Positions 40,148-52,835 of a stretch of DNA of 64,000 nt are shown piece after piece (positions within the stretch are counted from its first letter, which is position 1; each line of letters starts with the position of its first letter). The stretch spans positions 68,944,001 to 69,008,000 of the forward strand of contig NC_091478.1 of the NCBI RefSeq assembly GCF_036971445.1, read 5' to 3'. The notes below the pieces were generated by a model. It did not search any database. It was not told the origin of the DNA and saw nothing but the letters and a program-made list of their open reading frames with translations. The translations under genes and the position numbers were made by a program. Source of the stretch: Narcine bancroftii (lineage: Eukaryota).

Positions 40148-40699
40148 GCAAGTAATTTAATTTTATTCTATTGGTTATTAATTTGAAACATTTATATTTG
40201 TGGTATTTTCTATTTTCATTATATTTACTGCTAGGGTTTTATTCAGCATCAAAAACGAGTAATGTTGGTACAAAATTAGAAATTAAAGATTCCATTTATT
40301 GACATGTACACAATTGTTTTGTTTGCCCTGTTAAGCCACACAGAGGGGCACCACTAGCCACTATCACGAGAAGAAAGAAGCAAAAAAAATCCTTTCCAAG
40401 ATGGCGTGTTTGTGGCTCCTGCCACCCCTGCGATGACTGTGTCTCTGTATCCACACAGTGTCTTGTTAAGTGTTGAACGTGGATGGTCCTGTCCTATAAA
40501 CAATTTAAATGTGGCTGGGGAAAGCTGGGTACTAGAATCCTGCAAAGGAACGCTGGAAAAATGTCTCCGCTCCCATGTTCTTCCCAGGTCTACACCAATG
40601 CCAGCACTGCCATTAGCAAATGTAGGTCAACTTTCAGACACTGGAAATAATTCTAACTATTCCATTTGTAATGTTTTGCTACCTTTCATTAATTAACAG

Positions 40700-40903
40700 A
40701 ACACAGATTATGTCAGTATTTCAAAGGAGAAATCAATGAACCAGGACCAAGCAGAACTGCATGGAAGTGAGGAGGAGGTGGATGACGATAATGATGGATG
40801 GATAACACCAAGCAACATTCAGCAGATTTATCGAGATATGAACTGCTCTGAGACTGCAGCAGATGTCACAGTTGGTTGTATGACTACAGACTTTGCAATG
40901 CAG
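40700..40903 (+). CDS. NOB1: NOB1 exon 6
   Basis: Acidic stretch, then DDGWITPSNIQQI and VTVGCMTTDFAMQ. Donor CAG|GTATTG. Confidence 0.92.
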
Positions 40904-41111
40904 GTATTGGATATTGTTTAAAGTGTTGGGTATAAATGTGCAAGTGACATTGTCATTGTTGCCATGGTGTCTCTGCAGAACTAATGTTAAAATCATTTAA
41001 AGGATAGGGTCCAACATGAAGAAAATGAGCTTCCTCGAGGCCACGTGAGCAACGGAACAGGTTTTGTGGTACACTAGACAGAGTAGAAAATGAGGTTTAT
41101 TGAGCGATCAA

Positions 41112-41723
41112 GGCTCCGAATCATGGGTCCTCTACCGGCATCACCTACAGCTCCTAGAACACTTCCATCAGCGCTGTTTCCGCTCCATCCTCAACATTCA
41201 TTGGAATGACTTCATCATCAACATCGAAGTACTCAAGCTGCCAGAGTCCGCAAGCATCGAATCCATGCTGCTGAAGACCCAACTGCGCTGGGTGGGTCAT
41301 GTCTCCAGAATGGAGGACCATCGCCTTCCCAAGATCGTGTTATATGGCGAGCTCTCCACTGGCCACCGAGACAGAGGTGCCCCAAAGAAGAGGTACAAGG
41401 ACTGCTTAAAGAAATCTCTTGGTGCCTGCCACATTGACCACCGCCAGTGGGCTGATATCGCCTCCAACCGTGCATCTTGGCGCCTCACAGTTCAGCAGGC
41501 AGCAACCTCCTTTGAAGAAGACTGCAGAGCCCACCTCACTGACAAAAGACAAAGGAGAAAAAACCCAACACCCAACCCCAACCCACCAATTTTCCCTTGC
41601 AACCGCTGCAACCATGCCTGCCTGTTCCGCATCGGACTTGTCAGTCACCAACGAGTCTGTAGCAGACGTGGACATACCCCTCCATAAATCTTCGTCTGCG
41701 AAGTCAAGCCAAAGAAAAAAGAA
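41112..41723 (+). mobile_element. RTE LINE 3' fragment (subfamily B), NOB1 intron 6
   Basis: ORF 41100-41687; RTE tail. Confidence 0.92.
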
Positions 41724-41972
41724 GGCTGAGACATCAAAAGTAGACATTGGGATAGAAGGTTGCCTATTTTGTACATTGGACTAGAAGTTTTACCTGCATT
41801 GTACTTGTGCTTTATGTTGAATGAATGCACATTATTTATCCATCACTTGCTGTCATTAAAATGTTGTTTATTGTACATATTCTTTTCTGACTGCATGGGA
41901 TATTGCATTGTGTACATTGATTGTATTTGCCAACAATGCAAAGTGATAATTGTGGGTTCTTTACTTTTTTAG

Positions 41973-42070
41973 AATGTCCTCATTCAGATGGGACTTAATG
42001 TGATTTCTTTGAATGGAATGATTATAAAGCAGGCAAGGAACTTTGTTCTTCGTTGTCATGGATGTTTCAA
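41973..42070 (+). CDS. NOB1: NOB1 exon 7
   Basis: NVLIQMGLNVISLNGMIIKQARNFVLRCHGCF (first zinc-ribbon CxxC). Donor GTGAGT, phase 2. Confidence 0.93.
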
Positions 42071-43506
42071 GTGAGTATGAATGGTGAAGGAGTTTTTTCC
42101 CTTTTCTACATGTGGTGCCTGACCAGAATGTTTTCAGCATTTTCTGTTTTTATTTGAGTACTCACATGCATATGTAGATGTTTCTGATGTTCGAAACTAA
42201 TAATAGAATGCATAATAGGACACAGGATGCTGAGTGGTAATTGGAGATTACAAAATGAAATCCCTGCATTCATTAGGTCATTGCATTACGTGAATCTATG
42301 TATAACCTGGGAGAGATTTTTTTTTTAAAAAAAAGCAAGATGAAAGATGCATGAGGATATTGGGATATTAACTGGAAATTAAAGCAGTAGAGGGGGAAAA
42401 GTACATTTTCAAGATACTTGAGAATCTGAGAAATAGAGCGCACGTATGTGATATAATGGAATGGGCTTTAGTATCTCTGATATGTGGGAGAAGAAAAATC
42501 TGGTACCAATATTATCTTTACATACAGTATGTTTATCTGCATCTAGTTAATTGAGCTGTAATGGATCTTAACCTTGCAGTGGGAAATGATTCTATTCTCC
42601 TTGGACCCAAAAGCAGTATCCAGTAATTAATGAGCAAGAATATTGTATATAAGAGACCTCCTTTGGACCAGTGTTGTCTTCAAGCTGAAGAGCATGGCAT
42701 GGTTTTGCATTTTCCATACCAGACATGCTTGATTCCCCTCTAGTTGCTAACTTTTTCAGATTTACACACACATCAGTTATGTAATGTACACTGGTCATGA
42801 TAATCATTCTGCGTGAAAACTGGCCTTGCCCATGCAAGTTGGGCCAAAAATGTCACACCTGTCTGCGCTTGGCCCATATCCCTCGAAACCTATCCTTGTA
42901 TCTATTTTTTTTTTGGCTTAACCACCTCCAATAAGCCGTTCCATACATTCACTACCCTATTTTTTTTATTAAAAAAAAACTTGTCATTTCGTTTCCAGTC
43001 AAATTTCTGCCCTCTTACCTTAAACTTTTGTCCTATTGTTTCTTATTACCCTACTCTGGACAAAACTTTCTGCATTCACCCAATCTGTTCCTCTTGTTAT
43101 TTTTGTACACCTCTCTAACCAGGCTGAACTAAGAACTCACAACCCGTCTTCAAAATGTGGCTTTTTCCACAAGCTTGCCAACTTGTCATGTTCCAGTCCC
43201 AGCTGCTGCTACTGAACTGTAGAACTGAATTCTCTCTCCCTCCTTCCCAAAAGATGTCTAGCATGGGGCAAAACTCCAGTATTTCAAATAAGATCTGTTT
43301 TAAAGTGTTTGTATGTGACCTACTCTAACAAACCTTTCCCAAATTATCTTCCAAAAACATATCTATATACTCTGTCATACAACATCCAAGCAACTTGAAG
43401 AATCATGCAAGTTTTTAAAAATATTCCATTTATTAAAATATGCAAAGACAATGAAGATAATTGAATGTTAGAGTTATGCACTGAAATGATCTCCGGGTTT
43501 AACTAG

Positions 43507-43651
43507 GATCACAACTAACATGAATAAGGAATTCTGCCCAAACTGTGGTAACAAGACGCTGAAAAGGGTTTCCGTGTCAGTGAATGAAGATGGCAGTCTT
43601 CACCTCCGCTTGTCAAAAAACCCAAAGGTGCTAAATCCACGAGGTCTAAGG
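43507..43651 (+). CDS. NOB1: NOB1 exon 8
   Basis: ITTNMNKEFCPNCGNKTLKRVSVSVNEDGSLHLRLSKNPKVLNPRGLR (second CxxC). Donor GTAAGA. Confidence 0.93.
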
Positions 43652-44255
43652 GTAAGATCAGGCTTCATTTTTATTATTTAATATGAAATGTTCTTTGAGA
43701 TGTCAATTTTGCTATATAATTATTAACATTAATTATTACCTGTGTATATTTGCTAATATAGTTTACATATTTAAAAGTGGTGCATGTATATTGAGATACA
43801 GCTAGCAAATTAAAACAAAACCTTGGGATTATTCATTTTTTGACATTCTATAAGCATGATATCAACTAGACTTGCATTTTTTTTACATTGTCTTCCAGTT
43901 AAAACTGGCATATTGTCCAGCAATGGGTGGGGGGGGGGGGGGTGGGGAGTTGATTATTGAAACCTTATTAGGAAAGGCAATAGCATCTGAAATGTTGACA
44001 ATCTCCCTTTCCCCCCACCCCACCCCACCAAATTGTTGAACTGGTACCTTTTTAATGGGAGTGAGAGGGAAGATGATGGAGAGATATATTTATCAGCAGA
44101 ATTTATTTTCTGGATTTTGAGGGATGTGCACTGGAAATTAGATAGAGGACAACTGATCATATTTTAAAAACGGTTATTTGTTATTCAGCATGATATATTA
44201 AATATCTGGAGTTTAAATTCTCTGAGTGAAATGACATATTTAACCTGTTCAATAG

Positions 44256-44522
44256 CATTCTCTGCCATTACCACATGGTGGGAAACATGCCAATAATCCA
44301 CATTTGAGTGAGGACCAGCACTTTCCTCAGCAACGACTATCCAAGAAAGCAAGGCAGAAGACAAGTGTCTTTGATCCGGATTATATTGCTGGAGTTTCCC
44401 CATTTGTGGAGAATGATGTCTACAGCAGAGCTGCTCACTTAAACATTCGGGACAGCAGATATGGAGGTGGGAGGAGGAGGTTGAACCCAAATGCTGTTAC
44501 AAAAAAATATGTTAAGAAATAA
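44256..44522 (+). CDS. NOB1: NOB1 exon 9 (terminal)
   Basis: HSLPLPHGGKHANNPHLSEDQHFPQQRLSKKARQKTSVFDPDYIAGVSPFVENDVYSR...RRRLNPNAVTKKYVKK*. The nine exons sum to 1308 nt in one frame. Confidence 0.93.
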   Translation, partial: HSLPLPHGGKHANNPHLSEDQHFPQQRLSKKARQKTSVFDPDYIAGVSPFVENDVYSRAAHLNIRDSRYGGGRRRLNPNAVTKKYVKK

Positions 44523-44664
44523 AGGTTTGTTTTCCTTCCTGTGGCATCCCAATTTTTAGTATCTTAGTAGAGATTATTATTAAAATTTTAATTACAGAAG
44601 TATTTGTGTATCATTTATATTAATTTAAATTAATTAGGAGTTATTAAGTGTACTATAGAATGCA

Positions 44665-45762
44665 TGATGCTGAAACAAGCCATGAAGGACTTCAACAATG
44701 AAGATGCTGTTTACATCCGGTACTGCACGGATGGCAGTCTCTTCAAGCCTGCAAGCTCACACCAAGACACAAGAGCAACTTGTCCGTGAACTACTCTTAG
44801 CAGACGCCGCCGCTTTAGTTGCCCATTCAGAGCCAGCTCTCCAGCGCATGGCGTCCTGTTTTGAGGAAACTGCCAAAATGTTTGGCCTGGAAGTCAGCCT
44901 GAAGAAAACTGAGGTCCTCCATCAGCCAGCTCCCCCACATCTCCATCGGGCACACTGAACTCAAAACGGTCAACCAGTTTATCTACCTCGGCTGCACCAT
45001 TTCATCTGATGCAAGGATCGACAACGAGATAGACAACAGACTCGCCAAGGCAAATAGCGCCTTTGGAAGACTACACAAAAGAGTCTGGAAAAACAACCAC
45101 CTGAAGAAACACACAAAGATCAGCGTGTACAGAGCCATTGTCATACCCACGCTCCTGTTCGGCTCCAAATCATGGGTCCTCTACCGGCATAACCTATGGC
45201 TCCTAGAACGCTTCCATCAGCGCTGTCTCCGCTCCATCCTCAACATTCATTGGAATGACTTCATCACCAACATCGAAGTACTCGAGCTGGCAGAGTCCGC
45301 AAGCATCGAATCCATGCTGCTGAAGACCCAACTGCGCTGGGTGGGTCACGTCTCCAGAATGGAGGACCATCGCCTTCCCAAGATCGTGTTATATGGCGAG
45401 CTCTCCACTGGCCACCGAGACAGAGGTGCACCAAAGAAGAGGTACAAGGACTGTTTAAAGAAATCTCTTGGTGCCTGCCACATTGACCACCGCCAGTGGG
45501 CTGATATCGCCTCCAACCGGGCATCTTGGCACCTCACAGTTCGGCAGGCAGCAACCTCCTTTGAAGAAGACCACAGAGCCCACCTCACTGACAAAAGACA
45601 AAGGAGGAAAAACCCAAGACCCAACCCCAACCAACTAATTTTCCCTTGCAACCGTGCCTGCCTGTCCCGCATTGGACTTGTCAGTCACCAACGAGCCTGC
45701 AGCAGACGTGGACATACCCCTCCATAAATCTTCGACTGCGAAGCCAAGCCAAAGAAAGAAGA
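44665..45762 (+). mobile_element. RTE LINE 3' fragment (subfamily B), just downstream of the NOB1 stop
   Basis: ORFs 44698-44958 and 45125-45727; (GAA)n tail. 8-bp TSD AGAATGCA (44657-44664 and 45763-45770). Confidence 0.92.
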
Positions 45763-46939
45763 AGAATGCACTAAAGTATTAGGATGTGGTATTTACAGAA
45801 ATTTTGAAATGAAGCCAATATGTGAAACTTTTTCTAAATGGTGTATTTAAATTTGAATTACTTCGTAAGAGGATTTAGCAGCCCAACTGCACCAAGTCAT
45901 ATTATTAGAACACTAAAGAAAACAATACTCCTTACGGCTTCTGTTGGACAGTCTCCCACTATCATCTTTTTGTGTTCTGTGGTGGCAGATGGGGTCCCAG
46001 AGGTGCTTGAGAGTGGGCCGAGGGAAATGAGTTTCTACCACTATTTTTGTTAAGCTTCTGTATGATGCTAACAAAGGGAATGGGCCAAGAATTCCTAAGA
46101 GTCAACAAGGATGTTTATGGTACCTTTTCAAAGAGGCTTTGAGAATATCTTTGAATAGGTTTCTCTGTTCTCTTGATCTTTTATAGAGTGTATGGGTGTC
46201 TTTTTTGGGAATGTAAAGCACAAAGGATGTGGGCTTGGCCACTGGAACTAGATGAATAAGAGCCTCTGGCTGGGATCATTCATATGGGAGAGGACTTGAG
46301 TTACTGTTTGATTTGGAGGATTTTGTAGATTGCGGTACATGGTACTGGTGCAATCTTTGAGCTATGTGATTTATGTAGCCACATTCTGGAATCATAGAAG
46401 CACTGTTCTCCAGTAGTCTAGGAGCTGTGCTAGTGTACTGAAGGTGAGGATGAATTTCAGTGATATCGGACTTTACTGAGAGCTAGTTTCTGTGAGATGG
46501 AGGAGGGTTTTACAAGGGTCTCAGCCTGGACATTTGGCAGGGAGTGTTATGCAGAGAAAGTAAATCCAGCAAGGACATTGGTTTTGCATATATCTAATGC
46601 AAAGCCCCTTTCTCTTTTATGCATCATTAACTAAATTGCCTACAAATTGAAAGCTGCCCTCTGTGCGTAAGCAAATGTTGTCTGAATGTTCTAGTTCTGT
46701 GAGTAATCAGGTTAGGAATATTAGTTCTGGTGATCAGTTGAGTGAGGTTGAACAATTTCCCATATACCTACTAAATCAATGACCACAAGACATAGGAGCA
46801 GAAACAGGCTATTCAGCCCATCGAGTCTGCTCCACCATTCAATCATGAGTTGATCCATTTTCCCCACTCAGTCCCACTTTTGCCCTTCCCTCCATGACCT
46901 TTAATGACCTGGCTAATCAAGAACCTATCTCTGCCTTAA

Positions 46940-47187
46940 ATACACCCAATCATGGACATGAGACTTACAATGAAGCTGTCCAAATTTCAAATCCAGTTTG
47001 TGTAGACTGCTTTGGTGGTGGCCAGGAAGTGCATAGTGGTTACTTGGAAGTTGGACTCTCATTTAGGCACTGTGTGCAGAAATGCAGAGCTGTTTCCCTG
47101 GACAAAATTACCTATAACTCCAGGAAATACGATACCTTCCTTAAAATTTGGCAACCATACCAGCATTATAGAGGTACAAAGATATAG
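46940..47187 (+). mobile_element. L1 ORF2 C-terminal remnant
   Basis: ARKCIVVTWK and LDKITYN..FLKIWQPY motifs. Confidence 0.65.
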
Positions 47188-48840
47188 TGTAGTTCCTTGT
47201 GTTTCATTGCTCTGTCCCCAAATAATTTATTGCATTTCACATGTCATTGTTGCTGTATATCACATTACACATGCTATTAACACTTTAATTTCACAGAATG
47301 TCCACCACTCCTTTCTAAAATGCTTTCAGAATAGCTCCATGCAAGTCTAAAAATTATCTTACAAAACATGGATTGTTAAAATTATGCAACATCATTCTTG
47401 CTACTTATCCGGATCAGGTTTAATGTTACATTATTTTTTTTTCTCAAGTTCATTTTTTCCCCCAAACAAGTGATTTTTGCATTTTTGAAGTAAAACTAAC
47501 ATAAACATCGATAACATTGGACAATTTTTTTCCAAAAGGTTTGCTTCCTTTGGGGATTACGATAAACAACTTTAAACTGAACACAGATAATTTCAGATTT
47601 GCTGTATCATGTAGAAAGTTGGAGAAACATTAACTTTTGAATTTAGCATGTTTAATCGCATAATTATACTGACACATTGCATTAGTTCAACTGACCTAAA
47701 AATGTTTTGCTACTGATTTTCATTTGTACTCAGCATCTGATGCCTCGTGTCTGTGTCTATGGACACAATGTTCTGGTGAAACTTTTCACCAAATTCATCA
47801 CTGACTGTGCCAAGATCAGTAGGGAAGAAGTCCAGGTATAAATATAGAAAATGAATTTTCAATGATGTTGCACTTCATGGTTTGTATGCTTGAAGTAAAC
47901 TTAAATATCACAGGAAATCTCAGAAATAGGTATGTGATAGGAAAATTTTAAGATAATCCAGAGAAATACACAGAAATGTATTCAGGAAGCAAAATCTTCA
48001 TTGTCCAGTGTAATTAGTGTTATACCTGTAGTTAGTTAATATTTGGAGAATATGGACAAACAAGACTTCAGAAAGGACTCAGCAAAACCAGAGCCATTTT
48101 CTGCAGAGAATGTTTTTAGCTCCACAACTGTATTAATTTATTGGCATCTACCCAAGCTTGTGCAAATGCAAAAGTGAATTTCTGCAGAGCTGATCACTGA
48201 AAAATGTGTGTGCTTCAATGTGAACTCAAACACAGATCATGCACTAATCCCATTTTATTCTCCCCAAATTCCCATGAAATGCCCCAGCTTCCCCCAGTTA
48301 ACCCATCAACCTGCATGTGATGTTGTGGTGGGGGGCTGGGGGTTTTCAGGACTAAACCCACGTGATGACAGGGAAAACATGCAATCTCCACTTAGCATAC
48401 ATCAGGATTCAACACAGATTCCTGAAACTGAGACAGCAACTCCACCAGCTCAGTCATTGTGCCACCACTACTCATGGTGAGCAGTGGAGCACCAACTGCT
48501 ACACACTCAACCAGAAGGCAGAAATAGTAGTAACCACCCAGCAGAACTTTCCTGCTCTTTGTTTTTAGACAGCCATTCAATCATTGATTTCCAATTTTCA
48601 TTTTATACAATTGATAACAAATGTCTGATTTCATGAAAATCATTTATCAACAAATATTATTAAGCACTTACATTAATAAATCTGAAGTGTCAGACAATAT
48701 TGGTTCTTAACCCACTTTGGCTGACTACTGAGATCTTTAATTTTACAAATTCTGCATTTTAATGACTAACTGATCCCAGATCAGTGTTCCCAAATCCCAA
48801 TCAGGTATATGGTGTCACAATTTCCAATTTAAAAACAGAA

Positions 48841-49166
48841 CTACATCAAAGATTGCAGTGAAGTATCTTCTGCTCTCTGGTCATCTACATCAGGCACGTC
48901 TGGCTTTACTTTCTCTGATCCATCACTCACCAGGGCAGAAGACAACAATGGAGAATATTGTTCACTTTGCATTTTACTTGTTGTTTCTAATCCAGGGCTG
49001 TGCAAGGAAGTTTCTATGGTCAGGATCTGTTCCAATGCTTCATCAAGACTGTTTTCGGGTGGAATTATTTCTTTTTTGGGGAGGATAAAATCAAGCTGTT
49101 CCAGAATAACCCCTTGATTAATGCCACCAATAGAACCATATTTATGAATCTGAGTAGGAGGAACAC
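48841..49166 (-). CDS. COG8: COG8 coding exon 4 (terminal)
   Basis: Acceptor TGGCAG| at 49167/49166, phase 1. Reads GVPPTQIHKYGSIGGINQGVILEQLDFILPK to the TAG at 48841. Confidence 0.88.
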
Positions 49167-49288
49167 CTGCCAGAAAACACAAAAAGGATACACAAATATA
49201 CAATTACCAATATGATGCAGGTTTGTTGTTCAAATAAATAGTTTCAACATATTAAAACAAATACCAGATGTAACTGCAAAGTTCCTAC

Positions 49289-49457
49289 CAAGAATCTGTG
49301 CGAGTTGTGCTGGTGGAAAAAGCACATGTAAACAACGGTTCAAGTAGGGAATTAGATCTTCAGTAAATGTAATACAGAACTGGACAAACAGTTCCTGTTC
49401 TCTCCCACTGAAGGCAGTTTCCTCCGCTCGGTGAAAAGCAAGAATGATCTTTGTAAC
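49289..49457 (-). CDS. COG8: COG8 coding exon 3
   Basis: [56 protein letters not shown]; 169 nt with AG/GT ends. Confidence 0.92.
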
Positions 49458-50397
49458 CTATAAAGAAGAACCAAAAAATTAGCATCGCAAAACTTTTTTG
49501 GAAAGCTGCTCGCACTTAACATTCCAATGCTAGAGAAAGAGGCTCATTAAGCATGGACCAGGTATACAGTTTATCCTTCCTGCTGCAAACTTGAGTAATA
49601 CAGTACTTTGTTTTCAAAATTTTATCAGAATGTTTAAGATGACTATGGCAGTACAAATAATTAAGGCAGCCTTTAATTAGAACCCAAAAGGACATTTTGG
49701 AATCATTTTTTGTCAACAAGTGCCAGCTTTTCCAGAGGCTCCCAAATTCCAAAGTGAATAAAAAAATTCATGGGGTAATTCTAGCTGATGTATCATGGAC
49801 AGACACACTAGAAAATAACTAAATTCTCAGTCATCAAAGTCGGTGCAAATTTGCTGCTAGTGATAGAAAGATTCAGGAAGGTAAGAACTAAGGATTTGAT
49901 CAGGTAAAAGTTAAAGTGAATTTCAAACATAATGGAAGATATGGGAAAGAGTTTTAGGGTGGATTTACAAACAGGAAGTCTGGTCTCTGCCTAAGACTTT
50001 GCTACTTACTGGTCTGTTCCAAAGCCTGCTCATCAATGTGCAATCACATGTACTAGTGACCAGGCACAATGTTCCAGTATTTTCCTCATCATCTAATACA
50101 TCTTCTCATTAACCACCTCTCTTAACCACTAACATTTCTGCTTTTGATATATGATTATTCAATACATTGAGCTATTCACTAATTTTTGCCCAGAGGCACA
50201 ATGGGTGACAAGATTTGACCATTTTAAATACAAGAAAAAAGATTACATTGACACCTGTAATGTAAGAAATTAGAACTTTAGTATTTCAACTCATCTAAAT
50301 TGTAATAGAATACAAGTACACAGCAACGTGTATATCCCTAATAGCATATTATTAAAAAATATTTGCTTTGGTATTTAATTTTCTTGCAATGAAATAC

Positions 50398-51216
50398 CTG
50401 CACAAGAGCATCTTCCAAGCATACAGTTACTTCGTGTGCAAGGGCAAGGGGACAGCAGAGACGAAGATCATTAAAAGCTGCCAAATTGCTATTTAGAAAA
50501 CATGCCAGTGGTGGGAAGTCTAGAAGCACCATTGGAGGTTGCAAAGTTCCTGGCTGTTCAGTTGGCAGAGCCATAGGGATTGTAGTCCCCAGCATTGATG
50601 GTGGAGAGATTAATGTATATAAATTCATGTCTTCTTGAAACTTCTCCACAGCCTCCTGAACAGCTTTCACAAAAGTATTCACAGCACATTTTTGAAACAT
50701 AGGGGCAAGCTGTCCACGAAAGTCCACTCCAACACGACTAAAAGAAAGTCCAAAATACATACATTGGCCCAGCAATGAATCTAAACGGCTACCAACTCCC
50801 TTCAGAAGGTCCAGTTCCAGCATTCCCAGAAACTCAGAGACCTTTTGTACCACCCAGCCATGGAAAATGGCACTTTCATTCACAGTGTGATTGCTGGAAA
50901 GTAGCAAGGGATCTTCATCTGAGAAAATGGCACGATACTGAGTAATGATGTCAAACAGATGAACTCGGCAAGCCTCAATCGTTTTAGTTATGTGGAAATA
51001 AGGATCGCTGTCAGCTATGGAGCCAAGTATGGATTTCAACCAGGCATCGCGTGCTTGAAGAAACTTTATTCTTAATTCTGCTTCAGTGAAAACATCCATT
51101 CTCCTCAAATAACCTATGACACGAAGACAAGCTGGAAGTTGAATGTTGGTGCGTAGCTGCTGGATGAGCTGGTTTAACATCAACTGTGCAGAGGATCGTA
51201 CTTCATTCACGATACC
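50398..51216 (-). CDS. COG8: COG8 coding exon 2
   Basis: GIVNEVRSSAQLMLNQLIQQLRTNIQLPACLRVIGYLRRMDVF...LGQCMYFGLSFSRVGVDFRGQL...PPMVLLDFPPLACFLN; 819 nt, phase 0-0. Confidence 0.95.
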
Positions 51217-52146
51217 CTGTGTGAAAAATATAAAAGAATTATTTTTAAATATTTTAAAAAGCTTATTTACTTTGCCTTATTTGAAATAACAACCAAGGTA
51301 AAAGTGGTATATTTTAAAAAAGATTAGTGGTTAACACAGTGTTACAGTTTATAGGGCTGTTGCCTCACAGCCCCAGAGATCCTGGTTCAATCTGGAACTC
51401 GAGTCTTAGAACCATAGAATGCTACAGGACAGAAATGGGCCTTTCAGCCCATCTAGTCTGTGCCAAAATATTATTCTGCCTAATCCAAGACCACTTGCCT
51501 CCAGACCCTCTTATCCATGTATCTATCCAATTTTTTCTTAAATGTCAAAATTGACCAGATGGCAGCTCAAATTTGGCCTCATCAATGACTTAAACCACAA
51601 GACCGTCCCAACTCCTATACTCAATACTTTGAATTATGATGGCGAATGTGCCAAAAGCTCACTTTATGACCCTATCTACCTGTGACACCACGTTCATGGA
51701 ATTATGTGACCTCTGTTCTACTACACTATTCAAGTTCCTACTGTTTACCATGTATGTTCTACCTTGGTTAGTTTTCCCAAATTGCAGAAGCACAAACTAA
51801 TCTGCATTAAATTCCACAAGCCTATTTGCTACATTAATTGATCATTGTAAACTGACCATAGTGTGCCTGAGTTGTATAACTGAGGCAATTTGATGGGAAT
51901 ATAAGAAAGATACAATGGGACAACAAAGTGGCTGATGATTGACATAGACGCAGTGTTCGAGGAATTTTTAAGTATCTTCCAGCTAGCTGTTTTGTTGTGT
52001 TACACATACCTAATCCCTTTTGTCAAATAAGATAATTTTCAGCTTCTCATAACAACTCAATTGCATCCATTTCTATAACTGGATAACGTTTAAAACTCCA
52101 CAATATCTGTTCTTACCCGTGACTAATTTTAAAATGAGCTCAATAC

Positions 52147-52689
52147 CTGTATGACGGGTATCGAAGAGTACTTCTTCTCCAATCTCTTTACGTAAGAGGC
52201 TAACTCAAGAGCCTCCTCGTAGTAGCAGTTCCGAACGCAGGTATCCATGAGCTGCGGGATCTCCAGGATTTCGAGGATCTCGGTGTGACGGTTGAGGGTC
52301 AAGCTGTTCATCCTTCTGCTGGCGCCGGTCTCTTCCGTCTCCTTGATGAACTGCTGACATTTCTGGCTCAGCCCGGGCAGCTTGTCTAGTACGGCCGAGA
52401 CGTGCTTCTCCACCAGCCCAAAGTCCCGGTAGATTTCCTTGGTACACTCCGCCGTTTTGATGAAGGTCTTGTAATTGCAAAAGGCCAGTTCTTGGGTGTG
52501 CTGCAGGATCTGGGCCCGCTCGTCTGCAAGCCTCTCGGGCTCACGGTTCAGCTTGTCTACTCCATACGAACTGAGCTCGCAAAGGTACCGCGTGAAGTCA
52601 GCGTTTTCCCTCCAGTTCTCCGGGAAAGAGTCCTTGAAAATAGAAGCTAGAATACTTTCGTCTTCCACGTCGATTACAAGGCCGGCCAT
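52147..52689 (-). CDS. COG8: COG8 coding exon 1 (conserved oligomeric Golgi complex subunit 8, Dor1 family)
   Basis: ATG at 52689 gives MAGLVIDVEDESILASIFKDSFPENWRE...HTEILEILEIPQLMDTCVRN...SSIPVIQ. Donor CAG|GTATTG. Confidence 0.94.
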
Positions 52690-52711
52690 CTTGGTGGTGA
52701 CGTCACTTCCG
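52684..52711 (-). promoter_or_regulatory. COG8: COG8 core promoter: overlapping ETS-CRE composite plus YY1 motif on the ATG
   Basis: Minus strand reads CGGAAGTGACGTCAC (52711-52697), followed by CAAGATGGCC over the start codon. Confidence 0.7.
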
Positions 52712-52835
52712 CTTCGAACAACGGAAACACTATTAGCAGCGTTCGTGCTTTGCACGTTGCTGAGCAACGCGAGTGGGAGGCAGCATCGGTCGCCAACTCG
52801 TGGGGGGGGGGGGGGGGGGCATTCCAAGCTACCTT

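Noticed and set aside
40330-40640. snoRNA or extra exon in NOB1 intron 5
   Set aside because: No convincing C/D or H/ACA boxes with terminal stems, and the NOB1 model is complete without it.
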